64,000 nt of DNA from an uncultured Rhodospirillales bacterium (GTDB lineage Bacteria; Pseudomonadota; Alphaproteobacteria; ATCC43930; CGMCC-115725), in contig CAIXXC010000413.1 of NCBI GenBank assembly GCA_903923205.1, forward strand, positions 6,524-70,523. The letters run 5' to 3'. Below the pieces are notes generated by a model. That model was not told the origin of the DNA. It did not search any database and worked only from the letters and a program-made list of their open reading frames with translations. A program made the translations under genes and the position numbers. Shown here in pieces: positions 1 through 10,052 of the stretch. Each line of letters begins with the position of its first letter. Positions within the stretch are counted from its first letter, which is position 1.

Positions 1-2
1 CC

Positions 3-815
3 ATGGCCAGTTTTGCCGAAAGCCACGGCGATGATTTCACGCTCCACTCACTGTCCGATGGCTTTGCTCAATTGGTTGACACGACCGTGGGCCGGGTTGC
101 CGATTTCCGCCAACTCGTCCGCGGTGATGCCCTGACGCTTGCCTATCAGCCCATTGTCAGACTCAATGGTCGGCGCATCCACCACTATGAGGCCCTTGCG
201 CGGATGCCCAATGGCGATAGCCCCTACGAGATGGTGACCTTCGGCGAACAAGTCGGCCTTGCCGAAGAACTTGATCTCTCAGTCTGTCAGCGCGCCATCC
301 TCGCGCTTGGCAAAAGTGCCGCCGGGACCCGGATCGCGATCAACCTGTCAGGCCGGTCGCTGCAGAATTCGCGCTTCCTCGCGAGCCTTGAAAAACTGCT
401 CGAAGATAAGCTCCCGCGCGCCAATGCCGGCCTCGTCATGTTCGAGGTTACAGAATCCAGCACCATTCAAGACCTCGACAAAGCCGCGAATTTTCTTACC
501 GAATTGCGCTTGCGCGGACATCCGATCTGTCTCGATGATTTCGGTGCGGGTGCTGCCGGCTATAATTACTTGCGCCGTATTCGGGTCGACTTCGTCAAGA
601 TCGACGGCCCCTTCCTGAAGGCTGCGGTGGCAGGCGACAAGCGCGAACGCGCATTGATCCGGGGCATATCGGCAACCTGTGGCGAGCTTCGCTGCCATAC
701 GATTGGCGAGATGATCGAGAATGAAGGCGATGCGAAGGTTGCCATCGAACTGGGCTTGGACTTCGGCCAAGGCTGGCTTTTTGGTAAGGCGGCAGCCTTG
801 CCGCCAATGACCTGA
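3..815 (+). CDS. EAL-domain c-di-GMP phosphodiesterase, probably 5'-truncated by the window edge
   Basis: EAL-domain motifs are visible: YEALARM, INLSG, FEVTES, DDFGAG, KIDG, GQGWLFG. Only about 38 aa precede the domain, so the N-terminus probably lies upstream of the window. Confidence 0.85.
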   Translation: MASFAESHGDDFTLHSLSDGFAQLVDTTVGRVADFRQLVRGDALTLAYQPIVRLNGRRIHHYEALARMPNGDSPYEMVTFGEQVGLAEELDLSVCQRAILALGKSAAGTRIAINLSGRSLQNSRFLASLEKLLEDKLPRANAGLVMFEVTESSTIQDLDKAANFLTELRLRGHPICLDDFGAGAAGYNYLRRIRVDFVKIDGPFLKAAVAGDKRERALIRGISATCGELRCHTIGEMIENEGDAKVAIELGLDFGQGWLFGKAAALPPMT

Positions 816-833
816 GCCCCCTTCCGAAGAAAT

Positions 834-1766
834 TCATTGCCCATTCTGATCGAGCCTCGGTGGCGGGGGATTGTCGCTCTGCGCGACCAGAGCCTCAAGG
901 AACGCGTGCAGCAGCGGCTGATGGCGGTCGCCCGGGGGATGGGCCGCGAAATGCATCGATTTGAATTGATAGGCCTCTGGCTTCAACGTCCGCATCGCAC
1001 CCTGCGCGGCCCAGGTGTCACCGATATGGCGTGGCAGGAATCCGATAAAACGCCCGGAGAGAATAAGCATTACCTGGGCTTCCATGTGGATCACCATTCC
1101 GCTCGCCCGGGGATGATCGACACGATAGAGGTCATCGAGTTGGCGATATCCGCGCACGGAAAATCGTGCGCCCTCGATCAAGTTTTGGGTAATCAAGGCA
1201 GCGGGAACGTCGAAAAGCGGATGCCCCCTGCCGCAATAGAGCAAATGCTGCTCATTATGAATCGGCACATAGGTAATATTAGGCGCCTTCTGTGAGAAGG
1301 GACCGATCACGATGTCACGCTGGCCATTGGTGATTGCAAGTTCCAGCTCCTGCGGCGTCCCGAGCATCAGGTCGATGAAGACGTTGGAGCCCAAGGTCAT
1401 AAAGCGATTGATGACGCTTTGCAGAGCGAGATGGGGGCTGGTAACGACACCATCCACAACGCCCACCCGCAACCGACCGACCAACTCGCCATTATAGCCG
1501 CCAATACGCTGCTGGAAGGCATCAATATCCGCGAACAGCCGCTTCACGGCGGCATAGGTCTCCTCGCCAAAAGGGGTCAGGCGAAAGCCGCGCCTACCGC
1601 GCAGGCACAATGCTCCGCCTAGGGTTTTCTCCAGGGTCGCCAGATGGGTACTCAGCGTCGATTGCGAAAGGTTGAGCGCAATCAGGGCATTGGCAAAATT
1701 TCCCGCCTCTACGAGAGTCATAAAGACGCGCAGTAGACGGAGATCGATGTTGTCGAGATGGCGCAT
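834..1766 (-). CDS. LysR-family transcriptional regulator
   Basis: N-terminal winged HTH (LRVFMTLVEAGNFANALIALNLSQSTLSTHLATLEKTLG) followed by a substrate-binding domain of about 200 aa. Divergent from the ABC/catabolic operon. Confidence 0.9.
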   Translation of the reverse strand: MRHLDNIDLRLLRVFMTLVEAGNFANALIALNLSQSTLSTHLATLEKTLGGALCLRGRRGFRLTPFGEETYAAVKRLFADIDAFQQRIGGYNGELVGRLRVGVVDGVVTSPHLALQSVINRFMTLGSNVFIDLMLGTPQELELAITNGQRDIVIGPFSQKAPNITYVPIHNEQHLLYCGRGHPLFDVPAALITQNLIEGARFSVRGYRQLDDLYRVDHPRASGMVIHMEAQVMLILSGRFIGFLPRHIGDTWAAQGAMRTLKPEAYQFKSMHFAAHPPGDRHQPLLHAFLEALVAQSDNPPPPRLDQNGQ

Positions 1767-1819
1767 GGGCTAGAACGCACTCTGAAGGGGCAAGACTCTG
1801 CGCAGATTTTGTGCGCTCG

Positions 1820-1849
1820 ATGATACTTCAATATATTTAGATGTATCAT
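1820..1849. promoter_or_regulatory. Inverted repeat ATGATAC-N16-GTATCAT in the AT-rich LysR/operon divergent intergenic region; candidate LysR-type operator
   Basis: Arms read directly at 1820-1826 and 1843-1849. They lie between the divergent starts at 1766 and 1928. Confidence 0.3.
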
Positions 1850-1927
1850 TCGAAAATTCGTAATTTTTGCAAATGTGAAACACGCTCACTGTGTTTGGAT
1901 TGCCATTCATATTAGCCGGGGTAAGCC

Positions 1928-2935
1928 ATGAACATCACGCGCGGCATTCTAGGAGCAGGCTTGGCGACGGGTCTCCTCTTCGCGAGCGCGTCGGCGAAGG
2001 CCGACGACACAATCCGTATCCTGTGTCCAACCTGGTCCGGCTATGCGCCGGTTTTCGTCGCCTCTGATCTTGGCTACTTCAAGGCGCTTGGTATCAGCGT
2101 CAGTATCAAGTTCGAGGACGAACGCCCGAACGTGATGGCGGCGATGGCGCGTGGCGACATCGAGATGGACATGCGGACGGCCGGCGAATATCAGGGCCGG
2201 CCTCGCGACGAAAACACCCCCGGCATCATCATCGGCACCATCGATGAGTCGCTGGGCGGCGATGGTGTGATCGCCGATGGCGCCATCAAATCGGTTGCCG
2301 ATCTCAAAGGCAAGACCGTTGCCTCCGAGCCCAATATCCCGGCCCGCCTTCTTCTGCAGCTTGAACTCAAGAAGGTTGGCTTGACGCTGAAGGACCTGAA
2401 CATCAAGGAAATCGCGTCCGCCGACACCGTTTCGGTGTTCGCCGATTCCTCGATCAGCGCCGTCGCAACCTATCAGCCCTTCCTGTCGCAAGCGCTCAAG
2501 ACGATCTCCGCGCGCAAGCCGACAGAGTTGATTTCGTCTGCACAATATCCGGGCTACATCGTTGACGTGATCATCGTGCGCCAGGACGACCTCAAGGCCA
2601 ATCCGGACAAGTACAAGAAGTTCCTGATCGGTATCTATAAGGCGGTCAAATACTTCAGTACCAACAAGGACGACTTCATCAAGCTCGCCGCGCCGCATTA
2701 CAATCTTTCACCGAAAGATTTCGCGGCCAGCATCGACGGCAGCCTGACCTACACCTCCTACAGCGATACAGCGGACCTGATCGGCAAGCCGGGCGCGCCT
2801 GGCAAGCTGTACGGCATCTTCGACACCCTCATGGGCCTGAACCTCGAGAATGGGGCCGCTGACCACAAGCTCAGCGCGGCAAAGGCTATCGATGCCGACA
2901 TCATGGCCGGCATCTCGGCCTCGGACATTCAATGA
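1928..2935 (+). CDS. ABC transporter periplasmic substrate-binding protein (NitT/TauT, NMT1-like family)
   Basis: Signal peptide (GLATGLLFASASAKA), about 335 aa, NMT1/TauA-like composition. Followed by cognate permease and ATPase genes; ATGA overlap with the next gene. Confidence 0.8.
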   Translation: MNITRGILGAGLATGLLFASASAKADDTIRILCPTWSGYAPVFVASDLGYFKALGISVSIKFEDERPNVMAAMARGDIEMDMRTAGEYQGRPRDENTPGIIIGTIDESLGGDGVIADGAIKSVADLKGKTVASEPNIPARLLLQLELKKVGLTLKDLNIKEIASADTVSVFADSSISAVATYQPFLSQALKTISARKPTELISSAQYPGYIVDVIIVRQDDLKANPDKYKKFLIGIYKAVKYFSTNKDDFIKLAAPHYNLSPKDFAASIDGSLTYTSYSDTADLIGKPGAPGKLYGIFDTLMGLNLENGAADHKLSAAKAIDADIMAGISASDIQ

Positions 2936-3813
2936 CCGATCCGGTGGCCCTGCCCCATGCCTCGGCCCCGCGCGATGCGGCGGTCGGGGCGTCGGCGGGG
3001 CCAGCGCGCAGGCCCCGCAAGCGAGTCCCGCTGTTCGCGCGATATTTCGCGTTCCGCGCCCCGATCGGCCAGCGCGCCGAAGTGACGATCGGCATCGTCG
3101 CGAGCATCATCGTCTTGGCCCTTTGGGAAGTCTCGGTCCGGTACGGCTGGATCAATGCGCTGTTCTTCCCGCCGCCGAGCAACATCGCAGCCACCCTTTG
3201 GGGGATGCTGTCCGACGAGAATTTGCTCTATCACACCGGCGTTTCGGTGGCCCGTGTTTGGGGGGCTTTCCTGCTGTCTGCCGTGATGGCGATCCCGCTT
3301 GGCATCCTGATGAGCTGCTATCGTTCCGTCGGCGCTGCGTGTGAACCGATTGTTGACTTCATCCGCTACCTGCCGGTTCCCGCCTTGGTCCCGCTCAGCA
3401 TCATTTGGTTCGGTGTCGGCGAGGAAACCAAGATCTTCCTGCTCTGGCTCGGCACCTTCTTTCAGTTGATCCTGCTGGTTGCAGACGACATGCGTCGGGT
3501 CCCGCAGGAATATATCGAAATTGCCCGAACCGTCGGTGCTCGCCCGATCCAGGTCCTGAGCCATGTAGCCTTCCGGGCGATGCTGCCCAATCTTGTCGAC
3601 AATCTCCGGATTTCGCTCGGCTGGTGCTGGACCTATTTGATTATTGCCGAAATCGTCGCCGCGGATAGCGGCCTTGGTTTCGTCATTTGGACGGCGCGGC
3701 GTTATATGCAGACATCGGAAGTCATGGCCGGCGTCGTCACGATCGGCCTGATCGGTCTGGTCTCTGACCAGCTTTTGCGACTGCTTCACCGTCGCATGTT
3801 TCGTTACCTGTGA
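2932..3813 (+). CDS. ABC transporter permease (NitT/TauT family)
   Basis: Multi-TM protein with a BPD-transporter EAA-like loop ([23 protein letters not shown]). Start overlaps the upstream stop. Confidence 0.85.
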   Translation: MTDPVALPHASAPRDAAVGASAGPARRPRKRVPLFARYFAFRAPIGQRAEVTIGIVASIIVLALWEVSVRYGWINALFFPPPSNIAATLWGMLSDENLLYHTGVSVARVWGAFLLSAVMAIPLGILMSCYRSVGAACEPIVDFIRYLPVPALVPLSIIWFGVGEETKIFLLWLGTFFQLILLVADDMRRVPQEYIEIARTVGARPIQVLSHVAFRAMLPNLVDNLRISLGWCWTYLIIAEIVAADSGLGFVIWTARRYMQTSEVMAGVVTIGLIGLVSDQLLRLLHRRMFRYL

Positions 3814-4598
3814 GCACGGCCATGGCATCCGACTATCTCGTCTTCGACGGAATTACCAAGAACTTCGGCGATCTCAGCGTCGTCGCACCAGTTTTCGACC
3901 TGTCCGTGAAGCGCAACGAATTCATCGTCTTTCTGGGCCCGTCGGGTTGCGGCAAGACAACCCTCATGCGGATGGTCGGCGGGCTCGATACGCCGAGCGA
4001 CGGTGAGATCCGGATGGAAGGCGAAGTCATTGAAAAGCCCGATCTGCGCCGCGGCATGGTGTTCCAATCCTATTCGTCGTTCCCCTGGCTGACCGTCGCT
4101 GGCAATGTCGATTTCGGCATGAAATACCGCCTCGATCTGACGCCAGCCAAAAAGGCACAGCGCCGTGACCATTATCTCGACATGGTCGGCCTCGCCGATT
4201 TTGCCGACACCTTCCCGAACAAGCTCTCAGGCGGGATGCGGCAGCGCATCGCGATTGCACGCACCTTGGCAGCAGGGTCCGAAATCCTGCTGATGGATGA
4301 ACCCTTCGGGGCCCTGGACGCCCAGCGCCGAGAGGGGCTTCAACTGGAATTGCGTAAAATTCAGGCGCAGGACTCCAAAACCATCATCTTTGTCACCCAT
4401 GATGTCGAGGAAGCGGTCTTCCTGGCCGATAAGATCGTGGTGTTCACGAAACGACCTGCGCGAATTGCCGAGATCGTTGATGTCGCAGCCGTGTTCGGCA
4501 AGGAGCGAACCCTCGAAATGCGCGACAGCGAGACCTTTTTCAAGCTGCGCAATGATGTGCTCCGTATGGTCCGGAAAAGCGCGGGAACCATCCAGTGA
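3810..4598 (+). CDS. ABC transporter ATP-binding protein
   Basis: Walker [10 protein letters not shown], signature LSGGMRQR, Walker B ILLMDEPF. The true start could be the ATG at 3822. Confidence 0.9.
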   Translation: MSTAMASDYLVFDGITKNFGDLSVVAPVFDLSVKRNEFIVFLGPSGCGKTTLMRMVGGLDTPSDGEIRMEGEVIEKPDLRRGMVFQSYSSFPWLTVAGNVDFGMKYRLDLTPAKKAQRRDHYLDMVGLADFADTFPNKLSGGMRQRIAIARTLAAGSEILLMDEPFGALDAQRREGLQLELRKIQAQDSKTIIFVTHDVEEAVFLADKIVVFTKRPARIAEIVDVAAVFGKERTLEMRDSETFFKLRNDVLRMVRKSAGTIQ

Positions 4599-5368
4599 TG
4601 ATACCTTCGCCGGGAGCACGCGCCTTCGCCGGTCGCGTCGTCGTCATCACAGGATCGAGCCGTGGCATCGGCCTCGGCATCGCCCGCGCCTTTGCCGAGC
4701 AGGGCGCGAGCCTCCATCTGCTTGCCGATGATCCGCAGGTCGAGACGGTCGCGACGGAACTCGGCGGGAAAGGCTATGTCGTCGATATCACGAAGGCCGA
4801 GGGCCTGCCCGCCCTGTTCGCGGCGATCGGCCGGATCGACGTACTGATCAACAACGCCGGGTACGAGCGGCTGACCCCTCTGGATGATCCCAGCGCCGAA
4901 AACGAAGCCGTTTTCCGCCGCATCATCGACATCAATGTGACCGGGACCTTTATGGTTACCCGGGCAGCCCTGCCGATGCTGGGCCGGGGCAGCAGGATCA
5001 TCAACACAGCCTCCGTCTGGGCAAGAACGTCGGAGCCGCTCTTCAGCGCCTATGTCGCCTCCAAACATGCCGTCATCGGCTTGACCAAGACCTGGGCGAA
5101 GGAACTCGGACCCCACGGGATCAACGTCAACGCCGTCTGTCCCGGCTGGGTCCGCACCGAAGCGTCGCTGCGGTCGCTTGACATCATGGCGGCGCGATCA
5201 GGCTGCAGCGAGGGAACGTTGCTCCACAGTATTCTGAAGGCGCAGGCCCTGCCCGGATTGATGGAACCCGCCGACATCGCCGGTACCTATCTTTTTCTCG
5301 CCTCCGACCTCGCCGCCAATGTGACCGGTCAGGGCCTTGGCGCTGATCGCGGCGAAGCCCCTCTTTAG
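4595..5368 (+). CDS. SDR-family oxidoreductase
   Basis: TGSSRGIG cofactor motif, NNAG, catalytic YxxxK (YVASKHAV). GTGA overlap with the upstream gene. Confidence 0.85.
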   Translation: MMIPSPGARAFAGRVVVITGSSRGIGLGIARAFAEQGASLHLLADDPQVETVATELGGKGYVVDITKAEGLPALFAAIGRIDVLINNAGYERLTPLDDPSAENEAVFRRIIDINVTGTFMVTRAALPMLGRGSRIINTASVWARTSEPLFSAYVASKHAVIGLTKTWAKELGPHGINVNAVCPGWVRTEASLRSLDIMAARSGCSEGTLLHSILKAQALPGLMEPADIAGTYLFLASDLAANVTGQGLGADRGEAPL

Positions 5369-5407
5369 CGACACGGGCGAACCAACAAGAACATAAGGAG
5401 CATCACG

Positions 5408-6181
5408 ATGGTTGAAAGCGTCTTCATGGCCGAGCTGAGCTGGCCCGAATTTTCCGCCAAGATGGCCGCTGGCGCACCTGTCTTCCTTGCCGTCGGTGCA
5501 ACGGAACAGCATGGCCCGCATCTGCCGCTGGGCGTGGATGTCATCCTGCCGACGGCAATCGCCGAGCGCGTCGCCCGCAATGTCGGTGGTATCGTCGCCC
5601 CGACCATTCCCTATGGCTACAAGTCCCAACCCCGGTCCGGCGGTGGCGAGGCGTTCCCCGGCACGACGAGCCTGAACTCCCAGACCCTGGTCCTCGTGAT
5701 TCGTGACGTGATCCATAATCTCGGGCTCCATGGTGCCCGTCGCATCGTCATCATCAACGGCCATTTCGAGAACACCTGGCCGATCGTCGAGGCGCTGGAC
5801 CTCGCGATCCGCGAGCTGAAACATGACGGCATCAATGACATGACGGCGCTCCGGCTCGAATACTGGGATTTCGTCAAGCGCGAGACCTTGGACAAGCTTT
5901 TCCCGGAGGGCTTCCCCGGCACTGATCTGGAACACGCAAGCCTGCTCGAGACGTCGATGATGTTGCTGTTCCGGCCCGAACTTGTCGAACTCGACAAGGT
6001 TCCGGACGATGGCCCGGCAAAGTTTCCGACCTATGATAGAACCCCGGTCCGCCCCGGCTTTGTCCCGGCCTCAGGCGTCCTGGCGCGGGCGCAGGGTTCC
6101 ACGGCCGAAAAGGGCAGTTGGCTGGTCGAAGACCATGTCTCGATGATCACCGCAGCGGTAAAGACTGAATTCGGGATCTGA
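5408..6181 (+). CDS. Creatininase-family amidohydrolase
   Basis: N-terminal pattern LAVGATEQHGPHLPLGVD and an overall length of 257 aa are typical of the creatinine amidohydrolase family. Confidence 0.75.
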   Translation: MVESVFMAELSWPEFSAKMAAGAPVFLAVGATEQHGPHLPLGVDVILPTAIAERVARNVGGIVAPTIPYGYKSQPRSGGGEAFPGTTSLNSQTLVLVIRDVIHNLGLHGARRIVIINGHFENTWPIVEALDLAIRELKHDGINDMTALRLEYWDFVKRETLDKLFPEGFPGTDLEHASLLETSMMLLFRPELVELDKVPDDGPAKFPTYDRTPVRPGFVPASGVLARAQGSTAEKGSWLVEDHVSMITAAVKTEFGI

Positions 6182-6182
6182 A

Positions 6183-7142
6183 ATGAGCTTCAACCAGCCG
6201 CAGGACGCGGCGGTAATCCCTCGCTTTGCCGGGTGGCCCAGCTTCATGCGGCTCCCGTTCGCGACGAGTGCCGCCGGGGCCGATATCGCCCTAGTCGGCG
6301 TCCCGTTCGACGGCGGCACGACCAATCGAGCCGGTGCACGCCACGGGCCCAGGGAGATACGCAGCCAGTCGAGTTTCATGCGGCGCGTCCATCACGTAAC
6401 CCAGGTCGCGCCCTATGATCTGGTCAATGTTGTCGATGCCGGCGACTCACCCGTCAATCCGCTTGATCTCATGGATTCGCTGCGCCTGATTGAGGCGTTT
6501 TTTCGCGACATCCGCAGCCATGGTGCCCGTGCGATAGCCGCCGGCGGCGATCATCTGGTGACCCTGCCGATCTTACGCGCGCTCGCCACCGACGGGCCGA
6601 TCGGCATGGTCCATTTCGACGCCCATTCCGATACCAACGACCGCTATTTCGGCGACAATCTCTACACCCACGGCACGCCCTTCCGTCGCGCGGTCGAGGA
6701 GGGGCTGCTTGACCCGAAGCGCGTCGTCCAGATCGGGATTCGGGGGTCGATCTACGATTCAAGCGACCTCGACTTCGCGGTCAGCAATGGCTTCCGCATC
6801 GTCTTCATGGAGGAATTCGCAGAGCGCAAGCCCGAAGAGATCATGGCCGAGGCGCGCTCGATCATCGGCGACCAACCTGTCTATGTCTCATTCGATGTCG
6901 ATGCGCTCGACCCCTCGATGGCACCGGGCACCGGCACGCCCGAGATCGGCGGCATCACCACGTTCGAGGCCATGCGGATGCTGCGCTGCCTGCGCGGCCT
7001 GCCGATCATTGGTGCCGATGTCGTTGAGGTCTCACCGCCATTCGACGTCTCCAATACCACCTCTTTGGTGGGTGCAACGATGATGTTCGAATTGCTGTGC
7101 CTGATGGCCGAAGTGATCGCGGCCAACCGAACGACCGTCTGA
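6183..7142 (+). CDS. Ureohydrolase (agmatinase / guanidino-acid hydrolase family), copy 1
   Basis: Mn-binding motifs are intact: HFDAHSD, GGDH, SFDVDALDPSMAPGTGTPE, DVVEVSP. Confidence 0.85.
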   Translation: MSFNQPQDAAVIPRFAGWPSFMRLPFATSAAGADIALVGVPFDGGTTNRAGARHGPREIRSQSSFMRRVHHVTQVAPYDLVNVVDAGDSPVNPLDLMDSLRLIEAFFRDIRSHGARAIAAGGDHLVTLPILRALATDGPIGMVHFDAHSDTNDRYFGDNLYTHGTPFRRAVEEGLLDPKRVVQIGIRGSIYDSSDLDFAVSNGFRIVFMEEFAERKPEEIMAEARSIIGDQPVYVSFDVDALDPSMAPGTGTPEIGGITTFEAMRMLRCLRGLPIIGADVVEVSPPFDVSNTTSLVGATMMFELLCLMAEVIAANRTTV

Positions 7143-7157
7143 GGAGGGAACTCGATC

Positions 7158-8117
7158 ATGGCCCATGGATATGAAAGCGGCCGTCTGGATCTGCCTTTTG
7201 TTGGACTATGCACCTTCGGCAAATGCCAACCCTGTCTGGACTGGGACAAGATCGACGCCGATGTCGCGATCCTTGGCATCCCTTATGACATGGGGACGCA
7301 ATATCGCGCCGGGGCTCGCTTCGGCCCCCGCGCCATCCGCGAGGCTTCTACCCTGTTCTCGTTCGGCCACGGCGGTGCCTACGATCATGAGGACGACACC
7401 ATTTATCTGCCGCGAGACAAGGTCAGGATCGTCGATATCGGCGATGCGGATATCGTCCATACCGATACCGCGCAGAGCCACGCCAACGCCGAATACGCGG
7501 TTCGCAAAATACTGGAAAAGGGTGCGCTGCCCGTCGTGCTCGGCGGCGATCACGCCATCAACATCCCCTGTATCCGCGCCTTTCGCGATCAGGCACCGAT
7601 CCATATCGTCCATATCGACGCCCATCTCGATTTCGTCGATGAGCGCCATGGCGTCCGCGAAGGCCACGGCAACCCGCTGCGCCGCGCCGCTGAGGAGTCA
7701 CACGTCACGGGGATGACCCAACTCGGCATCCGCAACGTCTCCTCGACGGCACGCGAAGGCTATGACGATGCCCGCGCCCGCGGCTCGACAATCCTCTCCG
7801 TCCGGCAGGTTCGCAAGCTCGGGACCGATGGCGTGCTGGCGATAATCCCGTCCGGCGTGCGATATTATGTGACCATCGACATCGACGGCTTCGACCCCTC
7901 GATCGCGCCGGGCACCGGAACGCCGAGCCATGGCGGCTTTCTCTATTACGAAGTGATGGAAATCCTTCAGGGCCTCGTCAAACAGGGCGACATCGTCGGC
8001 ATTGACCTGGTCGAGGTCGCGCCCGCCTACGACCCCTCGGGTATCACCGGCTTTCTGGCCGCGCAGGTCCTGCTGAACCTGCTCGGCTATATCTTCGCAG
8101 AAAGGCACAGGAGATGA
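7158..8117 (+). CDS. Ureohydrolase (agmatinase / guanidino-acid hydrolase family), copy 2
   Basis: Mn-binding motifs are intact: HIDAHLD, GGDH, TIDIDGFDPSIAPGTGTP, DLVEVAP. Confidence 0.85.
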   Translation: MAHGYESGRLDLPFVGLCTFGKCQPCLDWDKIDADVAILGIPYDMGTQYRAGARFGPRAIREASTLFSFGHGGAYDHEDDTIYLPRDKVRIVDIGDADIVHTDTAQSHANAEYAVRKILEKGALPVVLGGDHAINIPCIRAFRDQAPIHIVHIDAHLDFVDERHGVREGHGNPLRRAAEESHVTGMTQLGIRNVSSTAREGYDDARARGSTILSVRQVRKLGTDGVLAIIPSGVRYYVTIDIDGFDPSIAPGTGTPSHGGFLYYEVMEILQGLVKQGDIVGIDLVEVAPAYDPSGITGFLAAQVLLNLLGYIFAERHRR

Positions 8118-9328
8118 CTCCCAGCCGCGACACCACCGAAGCGATCTGCGCCGACATCATCGCCACGTCGGCAAGGCCGCTGGCACAAGCGCAGACCCTG
8201 CCGCGCGCAGCATATCTGAGCGAGGGATATTTCGCCCACGAGGTCGAACATGTCCTGTCGGCGAGTTGGATGTGCGTCGCGCATGTCTCGCAACTGCCTC
8301 AGATTGGCAGCTATCTTGCGCTTGATCTGCTGAACGAACCTCTCGTCGTGGTTCGCGGCAATGATAATGCGGTCCGGGTCCTGTCCCGCGTCTGCCCTCA
8401 TCGCGCGGCCGATATCCTTCATAGCTGCTTCGAAACGCCCGAGCAGGCCGTCACCACCCGGTTCCTTTGCCCCTATCATGCCTGGGCGTTCAGTCTCGAA
8501 GGCAAGAAGCTCGCATCCATGCACATGGATAAGGCAGAAGGTTTCGACAAGGGCGAATGGAACTTGAGCGAAATCCGCTCCGCCGTTTGGCATGGCTTCG
8601 TGTTCGTCAATCTGGATGGCAAGGCAAGCCCGTTGGCAGAACAATACGCCAAGTTCGGCGAAGCGATCTCGCCCTGGAGCACGGCCGAGATGGAAGTCGC
8701 CATAAGCCTCGAATGGGAATGCGACTTCAACTGGAAGGTCATGGTCGAGAACTGGATCGAGTCCTACCACCATATGGGCGCCCATGTGCAGACGCTGCAG
8801 GTGACCATGCCCGCGCGCAGCACCTGGACCGAGCCGGAACAGCCCTCTTTCATCCATTGTCATCTGCCGTTCAGACCCTCCAACGCGGCTGAAATCCGCA
8901 CCGCCGTGGCTGAAGGACAGACAATGCCCGGGTTCACGGCAATCGCGGGACTCCCGGTCGAGCGGCAGGTCGAATGGGGCCTTTATCTCGGCCATCCCTG
9001 CTTCATGTTCCTGACGATGCGGGACCGCGTCCTGTGGTACCGGCTGCAGCCGATCTCAGCCGAACGCTGCAAACTCCTGACGATGACCCTTGTCTCGAAA
9101 GAGGCGAAACTGGCCCCTGATTATGACGCGACCATCGTCGCGGAGACCAAGATGCTCGCCGATTTCCATCTCGAAGACATGGCGGTCAACACGGCGGTTC
9201 AGGCGGGCTTGCGCTCCAGACACGCGGTGCGCGGACGCTTGAGCCATCTTGAGGAACCGGTCTGGATGATCCAGCGGTTCATCGCTTCCCATCTTCAGCA
9301 AACCCCCTCACGACAGGCCGCCGAATGA
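8114..9328 (+). CDS. Rieske [2Fe-2S] non-heme iron oxygenase, alpha subunit
   Basis: Rieske motif CPHR...CPYHAW and a mononuclear-iron motif region (ENWIESYHHMGAH). ATGA overlap with the upstream gene. Confidence 0.85.
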   Translation: MTPSRDTTEAICADIIATSARPLAQAQTLPRAAYLSEGYFAHEVEHVLSASWMCVAHVSQLPQIGSYLALDLLNEPLVVVRGNDNAVRVLSRVCPHRAADILHSCFETPEQAVTTRFLCPYHAWAFSLEGKKLASMHMDKAEGFDKGEWNLSEIRSAVWHGFVFVNLDGKASPLAEQYAKFGEAISPWSTAEMEVAISLEWECDFNWKVMVENWIESYHHMGAHVQTLQVTMPARSTWTEPEQPSFIHCHLPFRPSNAAEIRTAVAEGQTMPGFTAIAGLPVERQVEWGLYLGHPCFMFLTMRDRVLWYRLQPISAERCKLLTMTLVSKEAKLAPDYDATIVAETKMLADFHLEDMAVNTAVQAGLRSRHAVRGRLSHLEEPVWMIQRFIASHLQQTPSRQAAE

Positions 9329-10050
9329 GCTTCCGTATGCTTCACACCAAGGCCATCGTCACCGGGGCATCAAGCGGGATCGGCTTCGCGATCGCACAGG
9401 CGTTGACCGGACTCGGCGTCAACGTCATCGGCCTCGATATCGCGCCCGCCCCGGCGGCCGCGATATTCACGGTCGAGCGGGCCGACCTGACGGTTGAAAG
9501 CGATATCGTCGCCGCTGTCGCCGCCATTGCCGACCGTCTGGGTGGCCTGAACCTGCTGGTCAATTGCGCAGGGGTCGAGCTTGATGCCCCGATCACGGCG
9601 CTCAACATCGCCGATGTCGATCGTATGTTCTCGATCAATGTTCGTGGGGCGATGATCGTAACCCGCGAGGCGCTGCGCTATATGCCGAGCGAAGGCCGGG
9701 ACGCCGGCCGCATCATCAACATCGCGTCCGAGCTTGCCTTTCTCGGCCGCGCAGGGGCTTCGGCCTATACCGCGACCAAAGGGGCGATGTTGTCTCTTGC
9801 GCGATCCTGGGCGCGCGAGTTGGCCCCCCGGATTCTCGTGAACGCCGTGGCCCCCGGCCCCATTGACACCCCCCTGCTTGGGTTTGCCAAGATGACCGAA
9901 AGCCAGCAGGCCCTCGAGCAGGACAATCCGCTTGGGCGGATCGGCCAGCCCCATGAGGTGGCAGCCGTCGTCGCCTTTCTCGCCAGCAGCGGCGCCAGCT
10001 TTGTTACCGGCCAGTGCTACAACGCCGATGGCGGCGCGGCGATGCACTGA
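9325..10050 (+). CDS. SDR-family oxidoreductase
   Basis: TGASSGIG, NCAG, YTATKGA (YxxxK). ATGA overlap with the Rieske gene. Confidence 0.85.
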   Translation: MSFRMLHTKAIVTGASSGIGFAIAQALTGLGVNVIGLDIAPAPAAAIFTVERADLTVESDIVAAVAAIADRLGGLNLLVNCAGVELDAPITALNIADVDRMFSINVRGAMIVTREALRYMPSEGRDAGRIINIASELAFLGRAGASAYTATKGAMLSLARSWARELAPRILVNAVAPGPIDTPLLGFAKMTESQQALEQDNPLGRIGQPHEVAAVVAFLASSGASFVTGQCYNADGGAAMH

Positions 10051-10052
10051 CG

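Noticed and set aside
8087-8995. Long antisense or 'shadow' ORFs throughout the window. Examples: 8087-8995(-), 10071-10784(-), 20597-21373(-), 21743-22825(-), 29925-30797(+), 33421-34311(+), 40493-41677(-), 47307-48140(-), 49596-50966(+), 51736-52704(-), 52904-54151(-), 55210-56046(+), 57572-58441(+).
   Set aside because: Each one lies opposite to, or out of frame with, a gene that has clear family motifs. Their translations are Arg/Gly/Ala/Pro-rich with no recognisable domains, which is typical of stop-codon-poor frames in high-GC DNA.
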